Positions 11,801 to 21,706 are shown, counted from the first letter of the stretch. The stretch is 64,000 nucleotides of DNA from an uncultured cyanobacterium (GCA_963744145.1 CAVUSO010000001.1:4032001-4096000); one strand, 5' to 3'. Notes: generated by a model from the sequence alone, not told the origin. Made by a program: numbers and translations.

Positions 11801-12453
11801 AAACTTTACGCAAGAAATTAGTCACAGCACTACATGAAATTCAAACCGCCTATGATCGTTTATTAGCTGAGTGTCAATCTTTATTACATAGTGCCTTTGC
11901 GGTGAGGAGTGATGAGCATAGACTGCGGGAAGACTTACGGGTGAGAGCAAGCTATCTATCTGGCCAATGTATAGAACCTCGAATTAAGAGTTTTGTGAAC
12001 GCAGCAACCAATGAAACTTCAGTAGACTCAGAATGGTTAGAGGCTTTGGTCATGATTGTGGCTGATAGGCCAGCAGAGTCGTGGACTGATGAAGATGTTA
12101 CAAATTTTGAAGTTAAGCTTTCGGATTTGGCCAGACGGTTCAAAAATTTAGAGGCGATTCAGAAAGACGCGCAAACCCATACTAAAGAAGGATTTGAGGC
12201 AAGAAAAATCACGGTAACTCGTCCGGATGGACAGGAAACCCATTCTCTAGTTTGGTTTGATCATGAAAATAAAACTAAAATTCAAGATATAACTAAGAAA
12301 CTGTTGGGAATATTAAATGAGTATGAGCCACGGCTATGGCAAGCTGTGGTAACTGAGTTAACTGAACAAGTTATGAGGGTAACGCCCTCTGATGGTGTAG
12401 CCCAACAGCGGGAAAAACGTCAAAAAGGGAAGGATGAGCAAAAAACCAGTTAG
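8893..12453 (+). CDS. sspC: SspC-like large P-loop ATPase
   Basis: RSINLERD, Walker A GVYGTGKS, Walker B LIVDELGK, EWAKIQGRF, AQNDRSLFTFL. Confidence 0.85.
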   Translation: MNKQLSQYFSLKRRYFRSINLERDLDKVDALEGYIPTERALEVIKRIVAGLNGTSNHLAWTVTGVYGTGKSAFAHFLTSLCAPNNSQMRQEALKIAATAFEIDSLEYQTLNETIPTQGLFRAVATAQREPLSNTIIRAIYRGTNLFWTPQECSKMSICRELVDLNAEINNGAIIDSRRVLKLVQELAIKAKTGILLIVDELGKNLEFAVQNQGFEDLYLFQQLAELPKNKNCQIYILGLLHQSFADYGERLASVQRNEWAKIQGRFEDIPFKDSDTQMMSLIGQAIDSSKAEPFFDKIQDQVSDWFEYLPSEITNDIAKSIFTNAYPLHPIATLVLPKLCTRYAQNDRSLFTFLTSAEPYSFQNYLEEATVEEITVEEINALSGSILPTLKLDRVYDYFIEAVGLGLASRPNLQRWVEIQTLINDAKSLEEDSLRVLKTIGILNLVTTTSPLRATRTLVTLAMCDFATDDNKALWEQEIDNLLQKGILTYRRQLDELRIWQGSDFNVDIELSKYLEQERSHLVNLLSDLRPLSPLVVQRHSYTKGTLRYFERRYLDGREKLNGLQCTNSDCDGLVGYWVDNKLPDAVPSETADGKPLIILAAVKLDLLQIRAKEFAALKKIQTNAIELQTDGVARQEVRYRLIQAEELLDEMLAISFDVATYKNPCWVLGKSETISHIKDFNAKLSDVCDQVYSFSLTLWNELINRRELTSQGSKARRELIEAMLEHPEEEILGLSGYGPEVSMYYSVLNETGIHRQQDDVWGFYPPNENSGVSTIWQVIEEFCFSAKDKQKTLDHLYTQLAAPPYGIKQGVIPVLLAAVLLYHVDDVGVYKEGTFIPVLGIEHFELLLKDHSRFSVKYFEIVGLRSQVFKELEMILRSPNAQKLVGIRNTTLLAVVRPLFQFVKKLPAYTKKTKRFSPEGLAVLQTLQKAQEPDELLFNSLPKACGLPPIMVNAEVDEVNNEGDGTIAKTLRKKLVTALHEIQTAYDRLLAECQSLLHSAFAVRSDEHRLREDLRVRASYLSGQCIEPRIKSFVNAATNETSVDSEWLEALVMIVADRPAESWTDEDVTNFEVKLSDLARRFKNLEAIQKDAQTHTKEGFEARKITVTRPDGQETHSLVWFDHENKTKIQDITKKLLGILNEYEPRLWQAVVTELTEQVMRVTPSDGVAQQREKRQKGKDEQKTS

Positions 12454-13234
12454 GCATATTCTTGGGTTATCTGGTGGAAAAGACAGTACAGCCTTAGCAG
12501 TTTTGCTGTACAAGGAGATCCCGCAGATGGAATATTTTTTCTGTGACACTCATAAAGAATTGCCAGAAACTTACGAATATCTGGAGCGGATTAAAGCCCG
12601 TCTGGGTATTAAGATCCATTACTTAAGTGCTAATAGGGGGTTTGACCATTGGCTAGATATTCATGATGGATTGTTACCATCGCCCCAAATGCGCTGGTGT
12701 ACCGTCATGATGAAAATTAAACCTCTTGAGGATTTTGTCGGTAATGATGAAACCATTAGTTACATAGGTATTAGAGCAGATGAAAACCGCGAGGGGTATA
12801 TTTCTACTAAGCCAAATATTAAGCCTGTCTTTCCATTTAAAGAACGTGGATTAGTTAAAGCTGATATCTTCCGTATTCTTGAAGAAACTGGGATAGGACT
12901 GCCAGATTATTATCGTTGGCGTAGTCGTTCTGGTTGTTTTTTCTGCTTTTTCCAACGTAAGTATGAGTGGGTTATGTTAGCACAAGAACATCCAGAGCTA
13001 TTTGCTGAAGCGGTTAAATACGAGCAAGGACATAAAGATGGGCGAACTTATACATGGATTCAAGGTGAGACTTTGTTGAAATTGCTAGAGCGTAAAGATG
13101 TGATTATTGCTCAACATGAAAAGTCAATTGCTAAGGAGAAAAAGACAGATCTAAATCGTCCATTAGCTGAAGTACTAGCTTCAGCTTTAGATGATGAAGA
13201 TAATGCTTTGCCATGTTTAGCTTGTCATCTTTAG
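12434..13234 (+). CDS. sspD: SspD-like PAPS-reductase family protein
   Basis: PP-loop LSGGKDS, RWCT, RSGCFFCF, C-terminal CLACHL; overlaps the sspC stop. Confidence 0.88.
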   Translation: MSKKPVRHILGLSGGKDSTALAVLLYKEIPQMEYFFCDTHKELPETYEYLERIKARLGIKIHYLSANRGFDHWLDIHDGLLPSPQMRWCTVMMKIKPLEDFVGNDETISYIGIRADENREGYISTKPNIKPVFPFKERGLVKADIFRILEETGIGLPDYYRWRSRSGCFFCFFQRKYEWVMLAQEHPELFAEAVKYEQGHKDGRTYTWIQGETLLKLLERKDVIIAQHEKSIAKEKKTDLNRPLAEVLASALDDEDNALPCLACHL

Positions 13235-13278
13235 GTAGTAAATAGTAACAAAAAAAAGGTAAAATTTTTTGAGGTTAT

Positions 13279-15057
13279 TTGATAATGACTGAACAGAATA
13301 AGAATTCTTTAGTTGATGTTGACCTAGCTATAGATGCAAGTAGAGTATGTTTTGGATTGAGTCGGATTGGATACACTCCTGCCAGTGCTTTATGTGACAT
13401 AATAGATAACTCAGTTCAAGCTGGAGCTAGAATTATTAATATATTGATTAGAAAAAATAGAGATGATTTAGGTGATAATCGCAAGAACAATGTCAAAGAA
13501 TACATTGTTGTTGATGATGGTAAGGGAATGAGTAATGAAGGTATTCAAAATTCTCTAAAATTAGGGGCTTCTGCGGATAACTATGAATATAACTCTCTAT
13601 CAAAATTTGGTCTAGGCTTGAAGTCTGCTGCGTTTTCTCAAGGGGAAGAACTTCAGGTTATATCTTCAACAGGTGAAGGATTTAATAAATATATAATATC
13701 TCTTCCAGCAATTGCAGATAAACAAAAATATTTTGCTTCTCGATTAGATTTAGATGAATTTGATCAAGAATTGATCCATAAGTATCTATCATCAAAACAA
13801 GGAACAATCATTAGAGTGACACAAATTAGGATGATTAATCATCCTAGTGTAAAAAATACAATTGAAGAATTAAAAACCAAAGTAGGAACTATATATTACT
13901 ACTTTATGAAGGATGGTTTAGATATTAAAATTGACGATGAATCAATAGAGCCATTTGATGTACTTTGTGTTGAAGAAGCTAACTCTAATGGCAATTTAGA
14001 TGAAAACGAATGGGATGGCAAAACAGTTAAATGGATAGAAAAAGAAAAAGAAATAACTCTTGATGCCGATGCTAATGTTAAAGCAAAAATAGAAATAACT
14101 CAACTTCCTTATCCACCACTTTTTGAATTAGAAAAACCTGGAGAGCAAAAGAAAATCAGGGATAAATACAAGATTGATGCTGGTAATTATGGATTTTATG
14201 TTTACAGAAACAAACGCTTAATTTCGTGGGCAGAATCTTTTAACGGAATTATTCCTCCAGACCAAGAATTATACGCCTTTAGAGGTCGTATATTGATTGA
14301 TGAATCAGCCGACGATAGCTTTAATATCGATGTTAAAAAGTCAACCATAACTTTATCTGATGAAGCACTTAACGAAATTAGTGACCGTTCTGATGAATAT
14401 AAACGCAAAAGTAGAAAAGCTTGGAGACGAGCTAACTCCCTAAGAAAACAAATGTTAGGGAGAGATCCAAATTCTACCTCTAATAGTATTGCGTCTGAAT
14501 TTGAACCTCCAGATTTTCTTCCTGGGGAACAACTCCCTACTGTACAAATAGAGAATGAAAAAAATAAAAGAGAAAAAGAGATAGAGACTGAAATGCTCTC
14601 TAGAATCCGGAGAATTGCTGCGCGAGATAAAGGTGAATCTGAAGGACGGAAAATTACTGAGGATGAATTAGAGAAAAGCGATCTTGAAATAGCACTTAAA
14701 GGGAAGTCAAACCCAGAAGCCAGCAAAATTTATAGAGTAGAATCAGTTGAAGATAATGCTCTTTGGGAGCCTTACTATGATACCGATCATGGAGGTTGTG
14801 TAAGAATTAACAAAGGTCATAGGTTTGCCAGATTAGTTTTTGAAGATAATATTGACAATACTGATTTACAGGTGATTTTTGATTTATTGTTATTGCAATT
14901 AGCAACAGCAGAAACTTATATTCAAAAATCAATTACTTCTTCTCCACGCTCTGAAATTGAGAAATTAACTTCTGAATATAGGCGTATTACTTCAGAATAT
15001 TTGGCAGCTTTGTGTCGAAATCGCGAAGGAAAACTTCCTCCTATTAGAGAATCATAG
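13279..15057 (+). CDS. GHKL/MORC-type ATPase (HATPase_c_3), candidate SspF-like effector
   Basis: ALCDIIDNS, DDGKGM, SKFGLGLKSA, GFYVYRNKRLI; likely start ATG 13285. Confidence 0.85.
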   Translation: MIMTEQNKNSLVDVDLAIDASRVCFGLSRIGYTPASALCDIIDNSVQAGARIINILIRKNRDDLGDNRKNNVKEYIVVDDGKGMSNEGIQNSLKLGASADNYEYNSLSKFGLGLKSAAFSQGEELQVISSTGEGFNKYIISLPAIADKQKYFASRLDLDEFDQELIHKYLSSKQGTIIRVTQIRMINHPSVKNTIEELKTKVGTIYYYFMKDGLDIKIDDESIEPFDVLCVEEANSNGNLDENEWDGKTVKWIEKEKEITLDADANVKAKIEITQLPYPPLFELEKPGEQKKIRDKYKIDAGNYGFYVYRNKRLISWAESFNGIIPPDQELYAFRGRILIDESADDSFNIDVKKSTITLSDEALNEISDRSDEYKRKSRKAWRRANSLRKQMLGRDPNSTSNSIASEFEPPDFLPGEQLPTVQIENEKNKREKEIETEMLSRIRRIAARDKGESEGRKITEDELEKSDLEIALKGKSNPEASKIYRVESVEDNALWEPYYDTDHGGCVRINKGHRFARLVFEDNIDNTDLQVIFDLLLLQLATAETYIQKSITSSPRSEIEKLTSEYRRITSEYLAALCRNREGKLPPIRES

Positions 15058-15059
15058 AT

Positions 15060-15570
15060 ATGAATATTTTAGGACAGCCTATTTGGAGCTTAATATCTAC
15101 TTGCTTTAATGGTTCTGATATAGCTTACATATATTTATGGATATCAAAAAAATATAAAGTTATATATGTAGGTCAGACAAACGGAAAACGAGGCTCTTTT
15201 GGTAGAGCTTTTAGTCACATCCAAGATGGCGGTACTCTTCGATTACAGTTTGAAGAAAAAGTTGGTATCAAGCTAGAAGAAGCAGATGATTTAGTTCTTG
15301 TATCTTATCCTCTTCCTCAGCAGCAAGAATATATGAGCATAGAATCCTCATATCGTGAGGCTATCGAATATCTAGTTCAGATAAAACTAAGAGATATTCG
15401 AGGAAAATTAGAATCCTAAATTTAATTTAATTTCTAATATTAGGTCTTCAGATAGAGTCCCAAATTGTACTCTAGAAAAGTACGCAGACGAAATTGTTAA
15501 AAATTTTCAAGACAATTATTCTAAGATAGGCATAAAAACACAAATAACTCAGGATAAAATTAATTTTTAA
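15060..15570 (+). pseudogene. small GIY-YIG-like protein (candidate SspG-like) with +1 frameshift near 15411
   Basis: YIYLW...VIYVGQT..R motif; ORF stops at 15419 but the +1 frame stays open to TAA 15570 (NPKFNLISNIRSSDRV...). Confidence 0.6.
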
Positions 15571-15601
15571 TTAGACTTAAGAATATATAAGAGTAGCCTA
15601 A

Positions 15602-17230
15602 TTGAGATTCGACGACCTACTATCACGAGCAGACGACAAGACGCTACAAAGCTTACTTGGTAGCGCCGCAGTACGCCTAATCAGACTTCTCGACCCTAGT
15701 CTTGCTACCCCAACTCGCCTGCGAGAAATTTTACTCAGCCTGCACTCACGCGAGAGTTTATTGCTATCCAAAAACTCTCGTTTGTGTCTTTTTGAACTTT
15801 TACGACCACAAGAAGCTAAAATCCTTGCTTTAATTCTAGATGCTCCAAATCATCAAGATATCTACCAATCTTTAAAAAAAGTCAAAATTCGTCGTGGTTC
15901 CGATCGGGAACGCGCTCTTTTTGACTTCTTTGAACTGAGTGTACCCGAAATTGAAGTAGCTATAGAAGCCGCATCAGTAGAGTTAACAACACCTAAATAC
16001 CCATTATTCGCACATCAACGCCGCGCCGCACAGCAGGTCAAACAGTACCTTACCCAAGACCCCCGGCGCGTTCTACTACATTTACCTACTGGAGCGGGAA
16101 AGACGCGCACCGCTATGAATGTTATTGCAGATCACCTACGATCGCATGAACCGACCATTGTAATCTGGTTAGCCTATAGTGAAGAACTCTGCGAACAAGC
16201 TGTGGCAGAATTTAAACGCGCATGGGAATATCTTGGCGATCGCCAACTCGTAGTCTACCGTTTCTGGGGAACTCACGAAATAAACTTAGAGCAAGTGCGT
16301 GATGGTATTGTCGTCGCTGGACTTTCTAAAGTCTATAACGCAGTCAGACGTAGCATTAGATTTATTAACCAACTTGGTGCGCGTGCTTCCTTAGTTATTA
16401 TTGATGAAGCACACCAAGCGATCGCCGAAACTTATCAATTAATTCTCGATGCTTTAGTGATTCCCTATAAAAACACAGCACTGCTAGGATTAACAGCAAC
16501 CCCAGGGCGCACCTGGGCTGATATTAGTACAGATGCTAAATTAGCTCAATTTTTTGCCAACCATAAAGTTACTTTGGAAATTCCTGGTTATGAAAATCCT
16601 ATAGAGTATTTGGTGGCAGAGAAATATTTAGCAAAAGCACAGTATCGCTCCCTATTTTATGAAAGCGGCTTAAAGTTAACTGAAAGAGACTTAGCGCAGA
16701 TTGAAACAGATTTAGAAATTCCATCATATATTCTTAATCAATTAGCTGAAGATGAACAACGCAACCTAAGAATTATTTTAGAAATTGAAAAACTCACTTA
16801 TCGACATCAGCGAATTTTAGTGTTTGCTATTTCTGTAGAACACGCTCGACTCTTAGCCTGTGTACTCCAAATCAGGGGTCTAAAAGCAAGTGCTATAACA
16901 GCTAATACGCCTCCCCAACAGCGAGAGCATTTAATCACTAGCTTTAAAGATAATTCAACAGATCCCAAAATACTTTGTAACTTTGGTGTCCTCACTACAG
17001 GATTTGACGCACCACGCACCAGCGCCGCTGTAATTACCCGTCCTATAAAATCTCTGGTTCTTTATAGTCAAATGGTAGGGCGTGCGATTCGAGGACTGAA
17101 GGCAGGAGGCAATGAAACCGCAGAAATAATCACTGTTGTTGACAGTAACTTGCCAGGATTTGGTTCGGTAGCAGAAGCTTTTAGTAACTGGGAAGATGTG
17201 TGGAATTTAACCAAAAATAAAACTGAATGA
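15602..17230 (+). CDS. SF2 DEAH-box helicase (ResIII-like), candidate SspH-like
   Basis: LPTGAGKT, DEAH, GLTATPGR, LTTGFDAP, QMVGRAIR. Confidence 0.92.
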   Translation: MRFDDLLSRADDKTLQSLLGSAAVRLIRLLDPSLATPTRLREILLSLHSRESLLLSKNSRLCLFELLRPQEAKILALILDAPNHQDIYQSLKKVKIRRGSDRERALFDFFELSVPEIEVAIEAASVELTTPKYPLFAHQRRAAQQVKQYLTQDPRRVLLHLPTGAGKTRTAMNVIADHLRSHEPTIVIWLAYSEELCEQAVAEFKRAWEYLGDRQLVVYRFWGTHEINLEQVRDGIVVAGLSKVYNAVRRSIRFINQLGARASLVIIDEAHQAIAETYQLILDALVIPYKNTALLGLTATPGRTWADISTDAKLAQFFANHKVTLEIPGYENPIEYLVAEKYLAKAQYRSLFYESGLKLTERDLAQIETDLEIPSYILNQLAEDEQRNLRIILEIEKLTYRHQRILVFAISVEHARLLACVLQIRGLKASAITANTPPQQREHLITSFKDNSTDPKILCNFGVLTTGFDAPRTSAAVITRPIKSLVLYSQMVGRAIRGLKAGGNETAEIITVVDSNLPGFGSVAEAFSNWEDVWNLTKNKTE

Positions 17231-17341
17231 TTTGTCTAAATTATTAGAAATTTTCTCATTTAGCTACAATTGTTATTTTAGTTAAATTTTGGGTAAATAT
17301 AAAATAGAGCGTTTTTAGATTATGTTGGACACTTCACACAA

Positions 17342-19174
17342 ATGACAGCAAATCCTCATGACATCGTTCCAGCCCATCTAGCAGTACAAGCAATGCGTGA
17401 TAATGGCTACAGGAATGCCGCTTACGCGATCGCTGAACTGATGGACAACTCAATCCAAGCAGGTGCTACTCATGTCGAGTTACTCTGTGCAGAGAAAAAA
17501 GAATTAGTCAATTCTAGACAACGCTCGCGCATCCATCAAGTCGCTGTCTTGGACAACGGTTGTGGTATGGATGCTAGCGTATTGCGGATGGCATTGCAGT
17601 TTGGAAACGGTACTCATCTTAACGAAGCTGATGAAAATCGTGGAATTGGACGTTTTGGGATGGGACTACCTTCTTCATCAATTTCTCAATGCCAGCGTGT
17701 CGAAGTTTGGTCTTGGCAAGAAAGCCCAGAAAATGCCCTTTATAGTTACCTTGACCTCAATGAAATTCGTCAAAGGCGGATGACTGAAGTACCTGAACCA
17801 CAGCTAAAAGCAGTTCCTCATCTCTGGTTGAAAGTAGGTAAATATTTTGAGAGCAGTGGCACCCTAGTCGTTTGGTCGAATATTGATCGTTGTATTTGGA
17901 AAACAAGTAACTCAATTATTGATAATTCTGAACTGCTTATTGGCAGGATGTACCGAAAATTCTTAAATAGCGGTCAAGTTGAGATTCGGATGTTTGCATT
18001 TGAGATAGATGATCTAATCCCCATCGTTAATGAGAAAAAAGCTCGACCCAATGACCCTGGTTATCTGATGGCAAAAACCTCTTGCCCTAAACCCTTTAAC
18101 GAAATCTCAATGTTCCAACCTTGGGGAGATGAGGATCAGTATGAAGCCATCGTCACAATTGATTTTCGGGGTAAGTCCCATGAAGTCAAAGTTCGCTACT
18201 CCTATGCTAAAGAAGAAGCTAGACTAACTGGTAAGCGTGGTAGTAATCCAGGTGAACAACCGCACGGCAAACACGCTGCTAAAAACATTGGTATTTCCCT
18301 TGTACGAGCAGATCGAGAATTAGAACTAGATCAAGAGTTAGTCATTAAATATGATCCAGTAGAACGCTGGTGGGGAGTCGAAATTGAGTTTCCACCAGGA
18401 CTAGACGATTTGTTCGGCGTAACTAATAACAAACAAACAGCACGGAACTTCACTGAAATTGCTAAGTTAGATATAGAATCCCTTTTAGGAAATGATAAAA
18501 CTATCATTGAACTTAAAGACGAACTAAAAGAAGACGAAGATCCAAAAGGTCCTCTACTAGAACTTGTAATGAAAGTAGATGCACAACTTAAAATTATCCG
18601 TCGTTTACTGAAAGCACAGACTAAAGGTACTCGCGGCACTGATGAGAAGCGCTATAAAGAAGTTTCTGAAGAAAAAGGAACTTATAAAACAGGAACTCGC
18701 AAACAAGAAGGCCATAAAGGCGGAAGCGATAAAGATGAATCACTACCCAAAGAAAAGCGTGAAGAAGTCATTAAGGATGCTTTAGTCAAGCAGGGCGTAG
18801 CTGAAATTAGAGCTAAGGAACTCGCGGCAACTACTGTCGATAATGGACTCAAGTACACTTTTGCTGAAACTGACATAGAAACTGCTGCTTTCTTTTCCGT
18901 CACACCAAGAGGTGGTAGTATTATTATCATGCTTAATACTAACCATCCAGCTTACAAAAATCTTATGGAAATTTTAGCAGAAGAGGTAGAAGGAGTTGAC
19001 GTAGAAATCTTACGCGGGCGTTTAACTAACTCCCTGGAAGGATTGAAATTACTTTTGATGGCATGGGCGCGTTATGAAGACGAACAACCAGATGGAAAAA
19101 GAAAACAAGCCGCTCAAGATGCCCGAGTTGACTGGGGAAGAATCGCGCGACAATTCCTAGAAACTGAAGAATAG
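17342..19174 (+). CDS. second GHKL/MORC-type ATPase
   Basis: AIAELMDNS, DNGCGM, GRFGMGL. Confidence 0.88.
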   Translation: MTANPHDIVPAHLAVQAMRDNGYRNAAYAIAELMDNSIQAGATHVELLCAEKKELVNSRQRSRIHQVAVLDNGCGMDASVLRMALQFGNGTHLNEADENRGIGRFGMGLPSSSISQCQRVEVWSWQESPENALYSYLDLNEIRQRRMTEVPEPQLKAVPHLWLKVGKYFESSGTLVVWSNIDRCIWKTSNSIIDNSELLIGRMYRKFLNSGQVEIRMFAFEIDDLIPIVNEKKARPNDPGYLMAKTSCPKPFNEISMFQPWGDEDQYEAIVTIDFRGKSHEVKVRYSYAKEEARLTGKRGSNPGEQPHGKHAAKNIGISLVRADRELELDQELVIKYDPVERWWGVEIEFPPGLDDLFGVTNNKQTARNFTEIAKLDIESLLGNDKTIIELKDELKEDEDPKGPLLELVMKVDAQLKIIRRLLKAQTKGTRGTDEKRYKEVSEEKGTYKTGTRKQEGHKGGSDKDESLPKEKREEVIKDALVKQGVAEIRAKELAATTVDNGLKYTFAETDIETAAFFSVTPRGGSIIIMLNTNHPAYKNLMEILAEEVEGVDVEILRGRLTNSLEGLKLLLMAWARYEDEQPDGKRKQAAQDARVDWGRIARQFLETEE

Positions 19175-20102
19175 CCAAAAAAATTGTGATTATACCGGGA
19201 ATTCAATTAGAAAAGATTTGTACAGAAGCCTATAAGGAAATTCTTCTTGTTGCTCCTTTTATTAAGGCTTCTGTTCTTAAAAAATTACTTACACAAATAT
19301 CTTCTGAAGTCACCATAAAATGTGTTACCCGCTGGCAACCTGAAGAGATTATTGCAGGTGTGAGCGATTTAGAGGTATGGTCTTTGCTTAAACAACGTCC
19401 TCAATCTTTTCTTTGGTTAAGACCCAACTTACACGCTAAATATTACCGTGCTGATGAACAATGCTTAGTGGGTTCAGCTAATTTAACAGCGAAAGCTTTG
19501 GGTTGGTCAAAGCTATCTAATCTTGAACTAATGATTCAATTACCTGCTACTCAAGGAAATTTCCAGACTTTTGAAACCGAACTTTTCCAAGGTTGTATTC
19601 AGGTTGATGAGAATTTGTTTGAGCAAATGTCAACAACAGTGCAGCTATTAACTGCACAATTTCTCAAAAATTTGTCTATTATTAGTATCATTTCTGATAG
19701 TTTAGCAGAAGATTCAGATATTACAGAAATTTGGCTCCCTAGTTTGCGAAATCCAGAAAATTTGTATTTAGCCTATTCGGGACAAGAGGATAGATTGACT
19801 TTAATATCACGGGATGCAGCTGCTCAAGATTTGCGATCGCTATCTATTCTTCCTAATCTAACGAAAATAGCTTTTATATCTTATGTAGGAGTTATTTTAC
19901 TCCAAAAACCTATCATTCAAAAAATAGATTCCTTTGTTATAACACCGCAGACATTTGGTGCTGTAAGAGATTTATTAGCATCTCTTTCTTGTGCAAAGTT
20001 ACCAAATTTTCAAGCTGATCGCGCTTGGCAAACATTAATGCGTTGGTTACTATATTTTCACCCTAATCAAAACACTTAATCAATGCACAGTATTCAGGCA
20101 TT

Positions 20103-20125
20103 AAAAAACCACCTAGGTAGGTGGT
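20103..20125 (-). terminator. intrinsic terminator after the IS110 recombinase
   Basis: ACCACCT-N4-AGGTGGT stem followed by a T6 run on the minus strand. Confidence 0.75.
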
Positions 20126-20139
20126 GCCAAACAATACAG

Positions 20140-21420
20140 TTACATTCTACACAAAATCCTAAACAGCAATCGCATGGCGTAATTAATTAGTTGTGATCGA
20201 GCTAATCTTATTGGTGTTTTGTTAATTTTCATCTCATCAAATTTCTTATGCAATGCAATGTTCAGAGGTAACGTCTCCATCACTGTAATCCACTTACCAT
20301 CAGGTTTACCGTTCTCCCTGAACTGATAACCTTTCTCTACTTGGATATTGCAGTGCTTTACCCTAGCGTGCTTGATTTCAATCCTAGTGAAGCACCATTG
20401 AAACAACGCGGTTTTACAAATATCAGAACCACCGCTACTCACTTTATTTTCTAAATCTCCTGAGCTTTCTTCTCTAGGAGCGCAGCCTAAGCCTTTCAGG
20501 AAACGTGCCAAAGACAGATGGCGCTTAGTATTTCTCTTTTCTCCTGGGTAGAACTTAACATCTGGTTTACCGTCTACCAAATAGTTCTCGATCGGAAAAA
20601 CCTGACTGATCAAGATTGACTGAATCCTCAAGCCAAAGCCAAATTCTTTAAAAACTTTCCGATATTTGTCAAACCTGACATCTTCCAGTAGCAGCGATCG
20701 CAGTTCTCGTTCGATTACAATCTCCTCTTCCTGAATCCCGCAGATCCGTTCAGCGTGCCGTCGCACATCGTCTTTCAATCCAGATCCACCAGTTGCAGCG
20801 TAAAGGCGATCATATTTGGCTGATTTCTTCTTGCCTGCTATCCACGCCCAAAGCAAAGGTAAATTTTCTCCTTCTGGTAATCGGCGTGAATTGATCAATG
20901 CTGCTTCAGGAAATTGCCATGCTAGCTTTTGTCTAGCGTAATTGATAATTGGACTTTGCACCCTATTGAGGTGTGCAAGTTGCAGCACTAGCTCTCGAAT
21001 TCGCACAATTGTGAAATCTCTAACTTGCAAGAATTCTCGATTATTATCTCCGTACTGCATCCCGTAAAGTGCTAATGCAAGAGCGTCGTTAGTATCTTTC
21101 TTATCAGGAAGTCTTAAAGCTTTCCGGTGTTCTTTTAACTTCTTGTGATCAACTAACCTAAGTTCTATCCCAGCACGAGCAAGATGAGTTGACCAAAGCT
21201 TTAGGTAGTTCACCCCCGTTGGTTCTGCTACGGCGATAACATCAGAGCGATCACCAATAAATTCCAACAACAGTTTCAGTCCATGTGAATCTGCATGGAA
21301 AATTTCAAAGTGCTTCTTAGACCTAGCGTATGCTATAATGTCAGCAGGTTTTTCTAACAATAAGCACACGGTCACAGTTGCCTTTGATACGTCCAATCCA
21401 AGGTAACGTTTATTATTCAT
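20140..21420 (-). CDS. IS110 DEDD recombinase/transposase
   Basis: YLGLDVSK, EPTG, KKDTNDA (DEDD RuvC-like) and PREESSG (catalytic-Ser motif); ATG at 21420 preferred over TTG at 21444. Confidence 0.92.
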   Translation of the reverse strand: MNNKRYLGLDVSKATVTVCLLLEKPADIIAYARSKKHFEIFHADSHGLKLLLEFIGDRSDVIAVAEPTGVNYLKLWSTHLARAGIELRLVDHKKLKEHRKALRLPDKKDTNDALALALYGMQYGDNNREFLQVRDFTIVRIRELVLQLAHLNRVQSPIINYARQKLAWQFPEAALINSRRLPEGENLPLLWAWIAGKKKSAKYDRLYAATGGSGLKDDVRRHAERICGIQEEEIVIERELRSLLLEDVRFDKYRKVFKEFGFGLRIQSILISQVFPIENYLVDGKPDVKFYPGEKRNTKRHLSLARFLKGLGCAPREESSGDLENKVSSGGSDICKTALFQWCFTRIEIKHARVKHCNIQVEKGYQFRENGKPDGKWITVMETLPLNIALHKKFDEMKINKTPIRLARSQLINYAMRLLFRILCRM

Positions 21421-21444
21421 TTTTCGCTTAGGTGATATTGCCAA

Positions 21445-21652
21445 AATCTCATCTCTGCGGTTTACGAATCACCCAAAAACCCAATGTTAAACACGAGTTT
21501 GATTCACCCTTAAAACCATTAATTAGAGAGAGATTAAGTTGAGTTATGAGTAGCCGAGTTTATGAAAATAGAAAAACCCTAAAGAGTTTGTTTCTTCCTT
21601 AAAACCCTAAGTTACTCTTATCCAACTGCAAGAAGGTTTGGAAGCTTCCTGC
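21445..21652 (-). ncRNA. putative bridge RNA (5' hairpin, target-binding loop, donor-binding loop)
   Basis: Two copies of scaffold GAGTTTG-N9-TAAAACC (plus strand) with N9 = TTTCTTCCT (21591-21599, target match) and ATTCACCCT (21502-21510, donor match); opposite-side guides GAAAATA (21564-21570) and ATCACCC (21468-21474); closing stems visible. Confidence 0.8.
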
Positions 21653-21706
21653 TACCTCCCCAGGGGAGAGGTTTCGTCTAGTGGCTAACTAGACTCATCA
21701 GGAAGG
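21645..21706 (-). ncRNA. type I hammerhead ribozyme
   Basis: Minus strand: CUGAUGA, stem II GUCUAGU/ACUAGAC, GAAA, stem III ACCUCUCC/GGGGAGGU, GUA triplet, short stem I with one U-C mismatch. Confidence 0.8.

Noticed and set aside
7931..13234. BREX type 4 (also has DUF4007-like and PAPS-reductase genes)
   Set aside because: No PglZ or BrxL-like gene is visible; the linked cysteine desulfurase fits Ssp better
14202..14726. 174-aa antisense ORF (and similar shadow ORFs within sspC, the helicase, GHKL2, the porin, the haemagglutinin and iscB)
   Set aside because: Lie antisense to or within well-supported genes and have no motifs
20060..20085. Circle-junction sigma70 promoter for the IS110 RNA
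   Set aside because: TTGATT is present on the minus strand, but no convincing -10 lies 16-18 nt away in either junction model
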